A DNA stretch of 64,000 nt, from positions 5,480 through 69,479 of the IMG/VR virus record IMGVR_UViG_2924943408_000006; one strand, written 5' to 3'. The notes below the pieces were generated by a model. The model made no database searches and was not told the origin of the DNA. It saw nothing but the letters and a program-made list of their open reading frames with translations. A program made the position numbers and the translations under genes. This DNA comes from a virus. Taxonomy: Duplodnaviria; Caudoviricetes. Shown here piece by piece: positions 43,791-53,609 of this stretch (positions are counted from its first letter, which is position 1; every line of letters begins with the position of its first letter).

Positions 43791-43928
43791 TTATTTTCCT
43801 TTCTTTTTCTTCTTGCCAGCCTTGCTCATAGCAATGGCGATAGCCTGGTCAGGTTTCTTTCCTGACTTGATTTCGGTTGCGATGTTTTCACCGATAACCT
43901 TTTTTGATTTACCCTTCTTTAGCGGCAT
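43791..43928 (-). CDS. Small Lys-rich protein (45 aa, not in ORF track)
   Basis: [44 protein letters not shown]; fills the gap just upstream of terS. Confidence 0.7.
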   Translation of the reverse strand: MPLKKGKSKKVIGENIATEIKSGKKPDQAIAIAMSKAGKKKKKGK

Positions 43929-44097
43929 GCTCTGCACCTTCACTAATCAATACTGATTTAAGTAGCTCTAACGTACCAAGCGCCTCACATAAACTGATTT
44001 CACCATCGTAATCATGTATGACGCTTTCCAAACGCTCGTATAGCTCTTGGGTAATAGGGAATTTCTTCTCCTTACCCAAATCAACAACGTTTGCCAT
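43909..44097 (-). CDS. Hypothetical protein
   Basis: 62 aa ORF in tight operon, GGAG RBS. Confidence 0.65.
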   Translation of the reverse strand: MANVVDLGKEKKFPITQELYERLESVIHDYDGEISLCEALGTLELLKSVLISEGAEHAAKEG

Positions 44098-44099
44098 GA

Positions 44100-44342
44100 T
44101 TACGCTCCGGTAGTGAACAGGTCCAGTGCTTCTTTAGCTTCGCGGATCGACTTCTCAGCACGAGCCAGCGCGGTACCTTCACCGGCAGCCAGTACCAGTT
44201 GGTCTTTGAATAGCTCAAAGTTCAGCTTGCTACCCTTAACGAAGGTGATTGCCTTTTCTGCTGCTGCGGTATCACTCTGCACCAGGCGAAGGATGTCGAG
44301 GTTCATCTGCTGTAATTCTGTCAATGCGGTAATCTCTGCCAT
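44100..44342 (-). CDS. DUF2560-like protein
   Basis: MAEITALTE.Q..NLDI.RLVQSDTAAAEKAI.F; conserved in P22-like phages upstream of terS. Confidence 0.75.
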   Translation of the reverse strand: MAEITALTELQQMNLDILRLVQSDTAAAEKAITFVKGSKLNFELFKDQLVLAAGEGTALARAEKSIREAKEALDLFTTGA

Positions 44343-44405
44343 TGTTGGCTCCGGTTGTTGGGATAAGCCATTATCAAGCGCCCCAGTAAAGACGCTTTGG
44401 AATGG

Positions 44406-44684
44406 CTATTCCGCTACGGGTTCAGCAAGCCAGTCTTCGGCAAACAGATCGCCTTGTGATGGCACCCAGCCCGGCTGCATATGGCCTTGTGCATTCTTCA
44501 GGTCGAGATGAGGCTGAATAGTGAATTCGCCGACGATACCAGCGCGCGCATAATCAGAACCAGGCCGCGACTCGCTTACTGTGTAGCCGCCAGCTTTGAT
44601 GACGAATTGACCCTTGCCATTCCAGCCTTCACGGTAAATCTTTGCGCCGCTCTTAACGGCCTCAAGTGCTTGTCCAAAATTCAT
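44406..44684 (-). CDS. DUF2829 / Tad2-like (Thoeris anti-defence sponge family) protein
   Basis: MNFGQALEAVKSGAKIYREGWNGKGQF...W.PSQGDLFAEDW signature; AGGA RBS 7 nt upstream. Confidence 0.8.
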   Translation of the reverse strand: MNFGQALEAVKSGAKIYREGWNGKGQFVIKAGGYTVSESRPGSDYARAGIVGEFTIQPHLDLKNAQGHMQPGWVPSQGDLFAEDWLAEPVAE

Positions 44685-44828
44685 TGTCATATCCTGTGTG
44701 TTCGTTGGGTTGTTCGCCGCATTGCCACGTATTCCCATAGTTGCGCCGCCACTTCTCGTCTGTTCCGAGCCGCCAAGATAGTGATCACCTCCTACGGGGT
44801 TACACAATCTGATCCTTGTCGGGAGGAT

Positions 44829-45290
44829 TCATTTCAGGCACTGCGTGTTGATGTATTCCTGCAAATAGCCAACCTGCTTCGTCACTGTGACGATTCGCTC
44901 TCTGAGGGTGAAATAATCCCGTTGAGCGGAGTCTGTAAGTCGGGGGCCGGAAGCATCGCCCAGGCTGCCGGTGCCGGACGATCCGTTCGCTGGACACTTG
45001 GCATTGACGCGCAACCCACACTTACCAGTGCTAACGCAACGCTGCAGATCATCAAGCTGCTTTTTCGCATCAGCTAAGTCCTTCGTGTATTTGGCATCCA
45101 GAGCAGCAACATCTCGCTGCCGGGTTGTCATATCGGTGATAGTGGCGTTAGCCAGATTCAGCGCCTGAGTTTTCTCATCGCGCTGCTTCTTGTATTCGGT
45201 GGCGTTATCGCGGTAGTGATTAACAGCCCATCCAAGCGATACCAGCAGGCAGATAATCACAGCCCATATAGCGGCGGTTACGCGGCTCAT
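44829..45290 (-). CDS. Rz: Rz inner-membrane spanin
   Basis: N-terminal [34 protein letters not shown]. Confidence 0.95.
   Translation of the reverse strand: MSRVTAAIWAVIICLLVSLGWAVNHYRDNATEYKKQRDEKTQALNLANATITDMTTRQRDVAALDAKYTKDLADAKKQLDDLQRCVSTGKCGLRVNAKCPANGSSGTGSLGDASGPRLTDSAQRDYFTLRERIVTVTKQVGYLQEYINTQCLK
44882..45070 (-). CDS. Rz1: Rz1 outer-membrane lipoprotein spanin (nested)
   Basis: Embedded in Rz in another frame; signal with lipobox SVGC, Pro-rich PAPAAWAM. Confidence 0.9.
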   Translation of the reverse strand: MRKSSLMICSVALALVSVGCASMPSVQRTDRPAPAAWAMLPAPDLQTPLNGIISPSESESSQ

Positions 45291-45766
45291 GATTTTGGCT
45301 CGTTTACCGTTCCGCCAGCCTCTTTGAATTTGGCGATTAGGTTATCTGCTTTATGTTCAAACTGACCGTAACCCGACCCGGGGAGTGAGGCCCAGATATT
45401 GCTGCAGCGATCGATGGCCTGACGGATGTCACCGGCGTCGATTAGCTCAAGTGCTCGGCGTTCTTTAATCTGCTGCAATGCGACAGCATCCTGACTCGCA
45501 GGAGAGAAGTCTTTCAGGCCAAGCTGCTTGCGGTAGGCATCCCACCAACGAGACAGCAACTGATATCTACCGGCTGCTGTAGATTTGAGTTTCTGATTCA
45601 GCGTTACCAGCTTACGAGGGTGATCTGAATAATCAGTGAATAACGATCCACCGACAATCACATCGTACCCACGGTTGTTTGTAGGTTGTCCTTTCTTGTC
45701 AGTGCCTTCTGACCACGCCAGCATGTCGAGGAATGCTTTACGCTGCGAGTTAATTGCTTGCATCAT
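45287..45766 (-). CDS. Endolysin, lambda R-type transglycosylase
   Basis: [37 protein letters not shown]. Confidence 0.95.
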   Translation of the reverse strand: MMQAINSQRKAFLDMLAWSEGTDKKGQPTNNRGYDVIVGGSLFTDYSDHPRKLVTLNQKLKSTAAGRYQLLSRWWDAYRKQLGLKDFSPASQDAVALQQIKERRALELIDAGDIRQAIDRCSNIWASLPGSGYGQFEHKADNLIAKFKEAGGTVNEPKS

Positions 45767-46070
45767 CCACCCCTACCTTCTTGGCAGTGAATTTTTTGAT
45801 AAGCGATCCGATTGTTGCCGTTCCCAGATAGCCAATAAACACGCTGCCGATATAGGCAAGGTTTGTACTCAGACCGATGAACACGAGAATGTCTCTTACG
45901 AACCAGGCAAACATCGCGCACATCAATCCATCAATAAGCGTCTTTGATAGCGTGTCTCCGTTATAGCGGCCACGCAGATACGCCATGATGAATGCCAGAA
46001 TCGCACCAATGCCCTGCTCTTTGGCAGCTAGCAAAGCAGCGATGAAGTCTTGTTTGTAGGGCATCTTCAT
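45750..46070 (-). CDS. Holin, lambda S/P22 gp13 family, dual start Met-Lys-Met
   Basis: MKMP...[24 protein letters not shown]. Confidence 0.95.
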   Translation of the reverse strand: MKMPYKQDFIAALLAAKEQGIGAILAFIMAYLRGRYNGDTLSKTLIDGLMCAMFAWFVRDILVFIGLSTNLAYIGSVFIGYLGTATIGSLIKKFTAKKVGVDDASN

Positions 46071-46253
46071 AGTCTCTCTCCTCGCAAATGAAGCGGGAGC
46101 TGTGCGTTGTAGAGAAGCGCCTCACCCATTGCGTTTAAGGGGTAAGTGTTTAGCTGTATGGATGGGCGCGAATAAAAAAGCCAGCGGTTAGGCTGGCAAG
46201 ATGAGGGTAGTGCGTTGAGCTTTCGCTCTTATGGTCCTGGGTAGGATATTTCG

Positions 46254-46326
46254 TTCGCCCGGCTGGATTCGAACCAGCGACCGACTGCTTAGAAGGCAGA
46301 TGCTCTTTCCTCTGAGCTACAGGCAA
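46254..46326 (-). tRNA. tRNA-Arg(TCT)
   Basis: Minus strand TTGCCTG-TAGCTCAGAGGAAAGAGCA-TCTGC CT TCT AA GCAGT-CGGTC-GCTGG TTCGAAT CCAGC-CGGGCGA-A cloverleaf. Confidence 0.85.
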
Positions 46327-46414
46327 ATAAAAAGCCCAAGGCGTTAACCTCAGGCTCTGAATTCTTCGATACCGCCAGTGCATACAACATTGGCACAATA
46401 TCAGATTTACATGA

Positions 46415-46443
46415 AATATATGCTTTTCAATCCAGTTTTGCAA
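46415..46443 (-). promoter_or_regulatory. Late promoter pR'
   Basis: TTGCAA-17 nt-TATATT directly after Q, followed by hairpin/T-run at about 46329-46356. Confidence 0.75.
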
Positions 46444-47116
46444 GACTTACATCTAAATTTGTCGCCTTTTGTTGTGAACGTGATCGCGTTACTTGCAATA
46501 AAGCGCTGCTATCAAGACGCATGAATGTGCGTTTCATCTCCAGCCATCGATCGGTAAATGTCTCAGACCAGTTTTTTGGCGTGACGCCAACCAGTTCAGC
46601 CAGTTTCTGATATTCGTAAGTTTCGCGCCCTGCAAGTTCTGCTTTCACGTCCTGCGCCGCTAACCATATAAGCGCCTTCAATCTATCAAGCGTCTTCCCC
46701 GCTACCTTCTTTCTGCCAAGAGAAGATTTAAACTCTGCCCATGCCCATTGGGTGATCGAAACCTGATTTTCCCATCGCACATTCTCGCTATAGTTCCAGA
46801 GTAACCATGCTTTCTGGTGTTCATCGAGCGACAGCACTGCACGACGCCATGATGCTGTCGAATACTCAACAGGTTGCACCAGTGCGATAGATGAACCTTT
46901 TGCGCGTGATTGCTGCCCGGGAATTGGTGGGCTGGTTGGATTCATCAGGCGACCGTTAGCAGGATTAACCACCTTCAGACGAGAACGGCTGCGCGGAGTC
47001 GATTCAAACATCGCGTTCTCAGCAAACGCTACCAGTTGGCCTTTCGTCGCACCGCTAAGGTCAGCCGTAGCTACAATGAGTTGCTCCCGTACAAACTGCA
47101 GGTATTGAGTATTCAT
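46427..47116 (-). CDS. Q: Late antiterminator Q (phage 82-type)
   Basis: QYLQFVREQL.VATADLSGATKGQL; 229 aa; upstream of lysis genes. Confidence 0.9.
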   Translation of the reverse strand: MNTQYLQFVREQLIVATADLSGATKGQLVAFAENAMFESTPRSRSRLKVVNPANGRLMNPTSPPIPGQQSRAKGSSIALVQPVEYSTASWRRAVLSLDEHQKAWLLWNYSENVRWENQVSITQWAWAEFKSSLGRKKVAGKTLDRLKALIWLAAQDVKAELAGRETYEYQKLAELVGVTPKNWSETFTDRWLEMKRTFMRLDSSALLQVTRSRSQQKATNLDVSLAKLD

Positions 47117-47307
47117 GCTGACGGACCCTTATTGATGTTTGCGCGGTTGATGATTTCACGGCGTAATTCGTTGTTCCGATCGATGCGTTTCTGAAGCTCT
47201 GCTGTCTCTCTATCAATCCGGGATATTTCACTTCTTGCGTAAGGAGTCAGCCTGGTAGCACGCTCTACTGACGAGCGCTGATAGTTGTCGATATCGGTGC
47301 GGGTCAT
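47113..47307 (-). CDS. Small nin-region protein
   Basis: 64 aa, coupled overlaps on both sides. Confidence 0.6.
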   Translation of the reverse strand: MTRTDIDNYQRSSVERATRLTPYARSEISRIDRETAELQKRIDRNNELRREIINRANINKGPSA

Positions 47308-47891
47308 GCGGCCTCCTGCTGTTTCAGTTCTTTGAGCTTTGCGCGGTAGTGCGCTGCCAGTGCGTCGAGTTCTTCACGGGTCCATTTCTTTGCTTCGTGT
47401 GGGCCCATCAGACGGTCGTAAGATGCCTGTCCAATCTTGGCGATCAGGCGCGGGCGGTATTCGCCGATATTCCCTGACAGATATGAGTTGCATGCCTCAC
47501 ACTGGATATGGCAGTTGGTTTCGTCGTAGCGGGTTTCTGGTGATGCACCGACAGTGCGGAAGTGACCAGCGTTCATCTTCGCGCCGGAGTTACGCCCACA
47601 ACTGATACACGGTTGCCCTGCATCACGCTGGCGAATAAACGCGTTAAACGCTATCTGGGCGCGTTTGTGATATTGGCTAAGTGGTTGCAAGGCTTTCTTG
47701 CGGATCTTCAGCTCACGGCGTTCCTGCTGCGCTTCCTGTTTGCGCTTGCGGTCTGATTCCAGCTTCTTCTTGGCGATTATTTGCTGGCTGTATTCGTAGC
47801 CATGCTCAGGACAGCACCACCATACGTTGTCGTAGGTGGCGGTGAATTTGGTCTTGCAGATTTTGCAGGTGCGGCGATCTGGTTTACGCAT
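47304..47891 (-). CDS. ninG: NinG/Rap recombination endonuclease
   Basis: RRTCKIC...[40 protein letters not shown]. Confidence 0.92.
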   Translation of the reverse strand: MRKPDRRTCKICKTKFTATYDNVWWCCPEHGYEYSQQIIAKKKLESDRKRKQEAQQERRELKIRKKALQPLSQYHKRAQIAFNAFIRQRDAGQPCISCGRNSGAKMNAGHFRTVGASPETRYDETNCHIQCEACNSYLSGNIGEYRPRLIAKIGQASYDRLMGPHEAKKWTREELDALAAHYRAKLKELKQQEAA

Positions 47892-48552
47892 GGGCACCAC
47901 CCTGAACCTGCACCAGAGTAAGGTTTCCGCAGAACACGGCACCGGTATCGATGTACATCTGATTGGCATATTTGAGGGGTTGGCGGGCTGGCGTGTGGCC
48001 GAAGATAAACAGGTCGGCACCAGTGATTTCGTGATGATTCCCGTCTTGTGAATTGGAAATACGTTCTCTGTTCCAGATCGTCTGCTCTTCGTCGATATCC
48101 TTTTCGAACTCATAGACTCCCGCCGGGTAGTCGGCATGGCAGATAACAATCTTCTTATCACCGGTCACCAGTTCGATGACCAGCGGAAGTTCAGCTGCTT
48201 TGTGTACCAGCGCCTTAGCTAAAACCTCTTTGTCATAATCGAGATTGAAGAACCAACCGCCGCCATTCATCAGCCAGTGATTGACGTTGCCATACTCTGA
48301 CAGGCCGTCGATCATCATCTGCTCGTGGTTGCCGCGTACCGCCCGGAACCACGGCATCATAATCAGCTCCAGGCACTCTACGTTTTCAGCGCCGCGGTCG
48401 ATAAGGTCACCGACGGAGATAAGTAGGTCATGGGCCGGGTCGAATTTGAGTTCATCCAGTTTCCCTATCAGGTTTGTGTAGCAACCATGCAGATCGCCAA
48501 CCACCCAAATATTGCGCCAGTCAGCGCCGTTAATGCGTTGATAGATATTCAT
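47884..48552 (-). CDS. Ser/Thr protein phosphatase (lambda NinI-like)
   Basis: [29 protein letters not shown]. Confidence 0.95.
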   Translation of the reverse strand: MNIYQRINGADWRNIWVVGDLHGCYTNLIGKLDELKFDPAHDLLISVGDLIDRGAENVECLELIMMPWFRAVRGNHEQMMIDGLSEYGNVNHWLMNGGGWFFNLDYDKEVLAKALVHKAAELPLVIELVTGDKKIVICHADYPAGVYEFEKDIDEEQTIWNRERISNSQDGNHHEITGADLFIFGHTPARQPLKYANQMYIDTGAVFCGNLTLVQVQGGAHA

Positions 48553-49007
48553 TACGCCTCCTGCTTATCGCGCAATTGTTGGAATTCACAACCTGATGGG
48601 ATAGTCAGCGCCAGACCAAACTGAGCGCACCACGCTTCGACTTTGCACAGGAAGATGTGCATCTCTCCAGTATCGAGTTGAGACGTGTGGCGAGGCTCCC
48701 AGGTGGTTTCTTTGGTGCCGGTGATGAAGTCGGTGTAGGTAACTTCCTCGCAGCCGAGGTATGTCTTTTTGAGGTTGCGCTTGACCCAATCAGGGGTGGC
48801 GTCGGTGCGGCCGGATTTAATCAGGTATTCGCTGATTTCTCCCAGCCACATATGAAGAAGTGAGTTCTGCGACAGGCTGCGCTTCTCTCTCCATGGTTTT
48901 AACTGGAGGCGATAGCATTGACCGTCATTGAGGTATGGTTGCAGGTGCTGACCGATGGCGGCGAAGTTGCCAGCATGCAGCTTGATACCCTGCTCTGGGA
49001 TATTCAT
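48552..49007 (-). CDS. NinB/YbcN-family recombination protein
   Basis: [30 protein letters not shown]. Confidence 0.85.
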   Translation of the reverse strand: MNIPEQGIKLHAGNFAAIGQHLQPYLNDGQCYRLQLKPWREKRSLSQNSLLHMWLGEISEYLIKSGRTDATPDWVKRNLKKTYLGCEEVTYTDFITGTKETTWEPRHTSQLDTGEMHIFLCKVEAWCAQFGLALTIPSGCEFQQLRDKQEA

Positions 49008-49299
49008 ACGCCACCTTCGAGAGGTAACGCAGAATGCAGAAAACCCTCAGCATTAGATAACGCTGACGGGATATGGTAGGTCGTACTCTTTGTGTTTCGC
49101 ATCTAATTTCCCAATCAGATGCAGAGGTCACAGCCGGGTGCTCAATCCGACTGCGACATAATTATAACACTAATTTTGATGGTGGGTAATGTTGCTTGAC
49201 GTTGCGTTAGCTATTACCAAATTGCTCCCATCTCTCCGGTCATTAATCTGGCAACAACCATCATAACTAGAGTGATTATTACTACTTTAACTGGCGGCA

Positions 49300-50226
49300 T
49301 CACTTATCCCCTTCAGACAGTTTTTGCATAGCACCGGCGTAACGCTGCATTCCATGTTCAAGCGCGGATTTCACCTCCTGCTGCGGTGATGCTGGCAGTG
49401 GCATCCAGTGAGTCACATTGCACGATATGACGTTATCAATGCTCTCATCGCTAACACTCCACGAAATGTCCTGAAGCCATAACTGCCCATTGAATGATGC
49501 GTGAATTGGTTCATCTTCCACCGGGAAGCACAGAACTTTAACGCCAACTTCAGGCATCCGCTCGCTTACCGGAATCCATCCAGGAATAATTTCAGGAATA
49601 TTTTGTGGTGAGTTTTGTGGTTGCGGGGCGGCTGCGATCATTGCATCCCACACCTGTTTCGTTGCCATCTGCTGGTCGCCTGCATCATACATCTTCGCCG
49701 TCGGCTCCTTAGGCACCATCACGTAACCATCCGGAATCATTTGGATACCGGAAGGTGCGGCTGCGGCCAAACCATCCGGGATTACCGGAGAGTTGCCAGC
49801 CTGAAGCATGGCGGCGCGGCAGGCTTCAAATACCGCATTGTTAAACCTCACACCTTCAAAAAAGATTTTCCCATTATGATCAAACCAGAACTCGGACTTC
49901 TCAACATCGGGTAAGAGGCTTTTAAGCACGCCCTCAGACACTGATAACACCGCTGGCTGCGGTAACTGTGGTGCTGCGTAGAGTGGCATCGGCTCGCTAT
50001 ATTCTGCCAGTTTAGGGTCAGCCGCATGCAGTAGATAGCCCTTGTATGTCATGTACGCCACCGGCTCAGCATTCAGGACTTCATCAATAACCTTCACAGC
50101 ATCAGCCATTGCGTAGCTGAGATTACCGCCGTCGCTTTGTGCTGCTGCTTTGCTGAGTATTTCGCGTATCTGGTGCAGGCGCTCGAGTGATACAGGACCG
50201 TGCGCCGGGTGGTTGTTAGTTGTCAT
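49300..50226 (-). CDS. Eaa-like mosaic protein with DUF551
   Basis: AEPVAY, MPLYAAP, NSPVIPDG, VMVPKEPT, WIPVSERMP...VTHWMPLP. Confidence 0.8.
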   Translation of the reverse strand: MTTNNHPAHGPVSLERLHQIREILSKAAAQSDGGNLSYAMADAVKVIDEVLNAEPVAYMTYKGYLLHAADPKLAEYSEPMPLYAAPQLPQPAVLSVSEGVLKSLLPDVEKSEFWFDHNGKIFFEGVRFNNAVFEACRAAMLQAGNSPVIPDGLAAAAPSGIQMIPDGYVMVPKEPTAKMYDAGDQQMATKQVWDAMIAAAPQPQNSPQNIPEIIPGWIPVSERMPEVGVKVLCFPVEDEPIHASFNGQLWLQDISWSVSDESIDNVISCNVTHWMPLPASPQQEVKSALEHGMQRYAGAMQKLSEGDK

Positions 50227-50236
50227 GGGTTAGTCC

Positions 50237-50440
50237 TCAGTATTCAAAATCGACTTTAAATTCGTGATGACACTCAGGGCATTCAACATCAACCCCACGC
50301 GTAGCCGGTGTTCCGTGCTCACATGCGCCAAATCGAGCGTCTACCCAAAAATCATCATGGTTAGTTAGATCGAAGTATTCCTCGCACTCAGGACATTCGA
50401 CATTAAGGGTTAAATTCCATGCTGCGGGTGTATTACACAT
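50237..50440 (-). CDS. Small zinc-ribbon protein
   Basis: VECPEC twice. Confidence 0.65.
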   Translation of the reverse strand: MCNTPAAWNLTLNVECPECEEYFDLTNHDDFWVDARFGACEHGTPATRGVDVECPECHHEFKVDFEY

Positions 50441-50443
50441 ATC

Positions 50444-50755
50444 TCACTCTCCCTTCACGCCAATGCCAGCGGCGCGGACAACAATTGGGTTAACTCCAGA
50501 CTCTCTCAGTCGAGCTATTACTTCTTCTTCAATCAGCATATGAAATCCATTAACTTCAGTGCCGGTTGGAAGTTTCACCGTCCGCGCCTCCAGTTCTGCT
50601 ATGCGCTTCTCTGCGGCTTCCAGCTCATCCAGCAGCGCCAGAACAGCTTCCGGGCTTGCCTCATCCTGCCAAGCGTCAGAGGTGTCACTGACAGAGCGCA
50701 GCATGATTTCTTCCTGCGCCGCTTCACGCAGCGACTGTTTGTTGAGTGCTGTCAT
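50444..50755 (-). CDS. Ead/Ea22-like protein
   Basis: ASPEAVLALLDELEAAEKRIAELEARTV.LP...RAAGIGVKGE. Confidence 0.75.
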   Translation of the reverse strand: MTALNKQSLREAAQEEIMLRSVSDTSDAWQDEASPEAVLALLDELEAAEKRIAELEARTVKLPTGTEVNGFHMLIEEEVIARLRESGVNPIVVRAAGIGVKGE

Positions 50756-51036
50756 TGGGCTGCCTCCTGTTTTGGCATCAGCGCATCGCGGACGCTCTGG
50801 CGGTAGTAGTGGTGAAAGGCAAACGTCAGGCCTAGTTTTGTTGGACGCTCCTGCTTACCCAGCAGCTTGAGACGAGTACAAATGGTCGTCGCCGTCCAGC
50901 CAGAGTGATAACCAGCGGCTCGTTTCATAACGGTTTCAGCCAGGATGGTGCGAAAGTCGTCGCGCCCGAAATTGGTATTTTCAAATGCGGCGTTGATCAC
51001 TTCATCGGTGAGATGTGCATCGATAGCATTGCTCAT
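50752..51036 (-). CDS. Hypothetical protein
   Basis: Coupled ORF, AFENTNFG...AGYHSGWTATTIC. Confidence 0.65.
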   Translation of the reverse strand: MSNAIDAHLTDEVINAAFENTNFGRDDFRTILAETVMKRAAGYHSGWTATTICTRLKLLGKQERPTKLGLTFAFHHYYRQSVRDALMPKQEAAQ

Positions 51037-51530
51037 AGCGCAGCTCCTTTGCGAAGTTCCTGCGCCAGCCACTCAAGCGCCATCACCGGCACTCCGATGT
51101 GACCAGTTCCTTCGAACTTCTTGCTAAGGTGATCGATTGCAGCATCAACACCCTGAGCCCGCACTTCAGCCAGGAAAGAGTCGGTAGCTGGGGTTTTGAC
51201 ATCGCACATGAACTCAAGCGCATCGTTCCCATCAAGATTGCAGAACTCCCATGCAGACGAATAGAACTCGATACCAGGCCAGGTTGCGAGCTTATTCATT
51301 TTGTCATTCAGCGTTACATTCTCCGCCGCCAGCTCCCTGCACTTGCTCTCGGCGTTAGCGAGCTGTACTGCCATGTCTGTGAGTTTTTGCTCTGATGCTG
51401 TTTGCGCTGCTTGCCATGAAGCCCATAATTCTCTGGTTCTCCAACTTTGATATGAATCACAACCAACCATGCTGGTAACTGAAATAAGCCGGTTGATACA
51501 CCAAGCTTCGAATTTTTCTCTGCTAGTCAT
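51033..51530 (-). CDS. Eae-like early protein
   Basis: SREKFEAW...WQAA, LAAEN..L, TPATDSFLAEVRAQGV, AQELRKG. Confidence 0.7.
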   Translation of the reverse strand: MTSREKFEAWCINRLISVTSMVGCDSYQSWRTRELWASWQAAQTASEQKLTDMAVQLANAESKCRELAAENVTLNDKMNKLATWPGIEFYSSAWEFCNLDGNDALEFMCDVKTPATDSFLAEVRAQGVDAAIDHLSKKFEGTGHIGVPVMALEWLAQELRKGAAL

Positions 51531-51569
51531 AATCCTACCCTCATAAAAAAGGCCCGCTATGCGAGCCTG

Positions 51570-51761
51570 TTAATCTTTTGGAATACTGCATACCCACTGG
51601 TCTAGAGCCTTTTCGCAGACCGCTCTTCCCTCGTATACCGCTACAGCAGCCTTTGCTTTGAGTTCGTTTACGTGCTCCTTCCCGGGAGAAAAAACAGCAA
51701 AGCCCATAGCAAATCCGGCAATGAGATAAAGAGCGCATAAAAATATTGTTTCTTTCACCAT
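51570..51761 (-). CDS. Small membrane-anchored protein
   Basis: N-terminal TM; flanked by two related terminators. Confidence 0.55.
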   Translation of the reverse strand: MVKETIFLCALYLIAGFAMGFAVFSPGKEHVNELKAKAAVAVYEGRAVCEKALDQWVCSIPKD

Positions 51762-51831
51762 TTCCTCCGGGCATAAAAAAGGCCGACTATCACGGCCACG
51801 CTTGCAGATAGCTCTGCTATGTAGGCTTCAG

Positions 51832-52050
51832 TCATGCGCGATTTCCTCTGCCGGTGAACCAATCGAGCGCCTTTACAATGAGTGGGTTTTCCCACCATTC
51901 ATCAATCCAGCGACGTTCGTTTTTGTCTCGATAAAACTCTGGCCCGCAGTAGTCATGCCATGACATGAAAACGCAGGTTCCGTCTTCAAGGCGCAAACGG
52001 TAAGTTGGATACGTGCAGATAATTCCGTTAGGTATTCGAATGCAGGTCAC
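51832..52050 (-). CDS. Hypothetical protein
   Basis: 72 aa, coupled overlap with upstream gene. Confidence 0.6.
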   Translation of the reverse strand: MTCIRIPNGIICTYPTYRLRLEDGTCVFMSWHDYCGPEFYRDKNERRWIDEWWENPLIVKALDWFTGRGNRA

Positions 52051-52346
52051 GCTCGCTTCACTCCGAATGTCTTAACCAGCGCCGACTCCATGCGACCTAC
52101 ACAGGAGCGTATACGGGCTATCTCTGTCTCTGGAAACATGCTTGATGCCATCTGCTCAAGTGCGCCTTTAAGTGGCTTGCTCTCAACCTTTTCGATACGT
52201 GCCAGAGCAAAGGCCTTGAGTGACTGCTTGATGCTGCGACCGTCTACGCGAGCACAGGCACGGCATAGTTCAGCGTGGAGAATGGTCTCGGGAAATTCCG
52301 GGTACTCAGCTTCGATAATCTCTCGCGTGTTACGTGCTTCTTTCAT
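52047..52346 (-). CDS. Hypothetical protein
   Basis: 99 aa, coupled overlaps. Confidence 0.65.
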   Translation of the reverse strand: MKEARNTREIIEAEYPEFPETILHAELCRACARVDGRSIKQSLKAFALARIEKVESKPLKGALEQMASSMFPETEIARIRSCVGRMESALVKTFGVKRA

Positions 52347-52759
52347 GCTCCAGTTCTCCCGTAAATCATCATCAGCCGCTTGCGTGCATCGCTCTGCATG
52401 AACTCCGCTACAACACCGTTATTCTCCGGGTTGTATGGGGTGAACATCTTCGGATCGTCACTATTGGTTTTATCTTTCTTGATAACGCCTTTTGCTACCT
52501 GGCTACTCTGGTTAGCATCAACGGCACGCTGCCTGATGGCCTCGCCGCCGCCATTCTTCAGCCATTGCTGGAACGCCTTTTCGCCGGGGAATACGCCAAT
52601 ACCAGGAACACTGCGCAACCTTCCCATGAAACGAAGCTCTTTCGCCTCTTCGTAGTAGCGGTTGCGACTGATGCCGACTTCCTTGTAAATCAGATCGACA
52701 TTGGCTGGCTGGTTAGCTGATACGTAATCAAGAATGCGTTGCTTTACGCTGTCCATCAT
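52343..52759 (-). CDS. Winged-helix protein (DUF977-like)
   Basis: KQRILDYV...GISRNRY...GVFP; follows replication genes. Confidence 0.6.
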   Translation of the reverse strand: MMDSVKQRILDYVSANQPANVDLIYKEVGISRNRYYEEAKELRFMGRLRSVPGIGVFPGEKAFQQWLKNGGGEAIRQRAVDANQSSQVAKGVIKKDKTNSDDPKMFTPYNPENNGVVAEFMQSDARKRLMMIYGRTGA

Positions 52760-53607
52760 GCGGCCCCCTTAGAGCGGTATGAATCCCAGGTGAATGACAG
52801 AGTGCAGCCACCGCCGTCGCTCATGCGGTCTATGACGCGCTCACCAATGAATGCAGCCAATTCTTCTTTGGTCTGGTTGCTAATCAGGATGGTTGGCTTC
52901 ATGCGCTCGTATCGGGTGTTGATGATTTCGAACATGATCAGCTTTTCCGCTTCGCTTCCAAACTGTACCCCGACCTCATCGATGATCAGCAGGTCAGGCT
53001 TGGTGAACTGCCTGATAACTTCGTCTTCGGTTCTCGTAGCCGCCTTTGACCATGTCGATTTGAACTCCCTGGCAATTTTTAGCGCCGTGGTGAAAGCGAC
53101 TGGACTTTGATGCTCTTCGATGACGCGCTTTGCTATTGCCAGTGCAAGATGATTTTTACCGGTTCCAGGCTTTCCACACATGACCAATCCACCGCCACGC
53201 TTAAGCCTTTCAGGCCACTTACTGGCATAGGCCTGGCATACTCGCAGAGCACGCTTCGAGTCGTCGCTGGCAGGATCGTAGTTATCAAGTGTGCATTCTG
53301 AGAATCGTTCAGGTATCTGCAGGTCGAGCATCAGTCGCTCAATGTTTCGCTCTCTGACCGCACGGTTTTGTTGGTCAAGTTCGCGATTAAGAAGGTCCAA
53401 TTCTTCTTGCAGACAAGAAGGACACTCACTAGGCCTAGTGGGGAGTTTTATTGGCCCGGTTGATATGCGGTTACGTTGCTCAAACTCACCATGTTTCTCA
53501 CAGTTTCCAGTGCCAAACTCAACGGTTGTGTACTGAATATCTAGAGGGGCGACTTTGAGTTCTTCGAGTTTCCTCTCAATCTGAGATATTTTTTCATGAA
53601 GCTGCAT
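52756..53607 (-). CDS. DnaC/IstB-like AAA+ helicase loader
   Basis: CEKHG...CPSC Zn site, IPERF..CTLDNY, GKPGTGKNHLA, LLIIDEVG, PTILISN. Confidence 0.9.
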   Translation of the reverse strand: MQLHEKISQIERKLEELKVAPLDIQYTTVEFGTGNCEKHGEFEQRNRISTGPIKLPTRPSECPSCLQEELDLLNRELDQQNRAVRERNIERLMLDLQIPERFSECTLDNYDPASDDSKRALRVCQAYASKWPERLKRGGGLVMCGKPGTGKNHLALAIAKRVIEEHQSPVAFTTALKIAREFKSTWSKAATRTEDEVIRQFTKPDLLIIDEVGVQFGSEAEKLIMFEIINTRYERMKPTILISNQTKEELAAFIGERVIDRMSDGGGCTLSFTWDSYRSKGAA

Positions 53608-53609
53608 GA

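Noticed and set aside
47892-48161. Long N-terminal extension of NinG
   Set aside because: Overlaps the phosphatase gene; NinG homology starts at 47891
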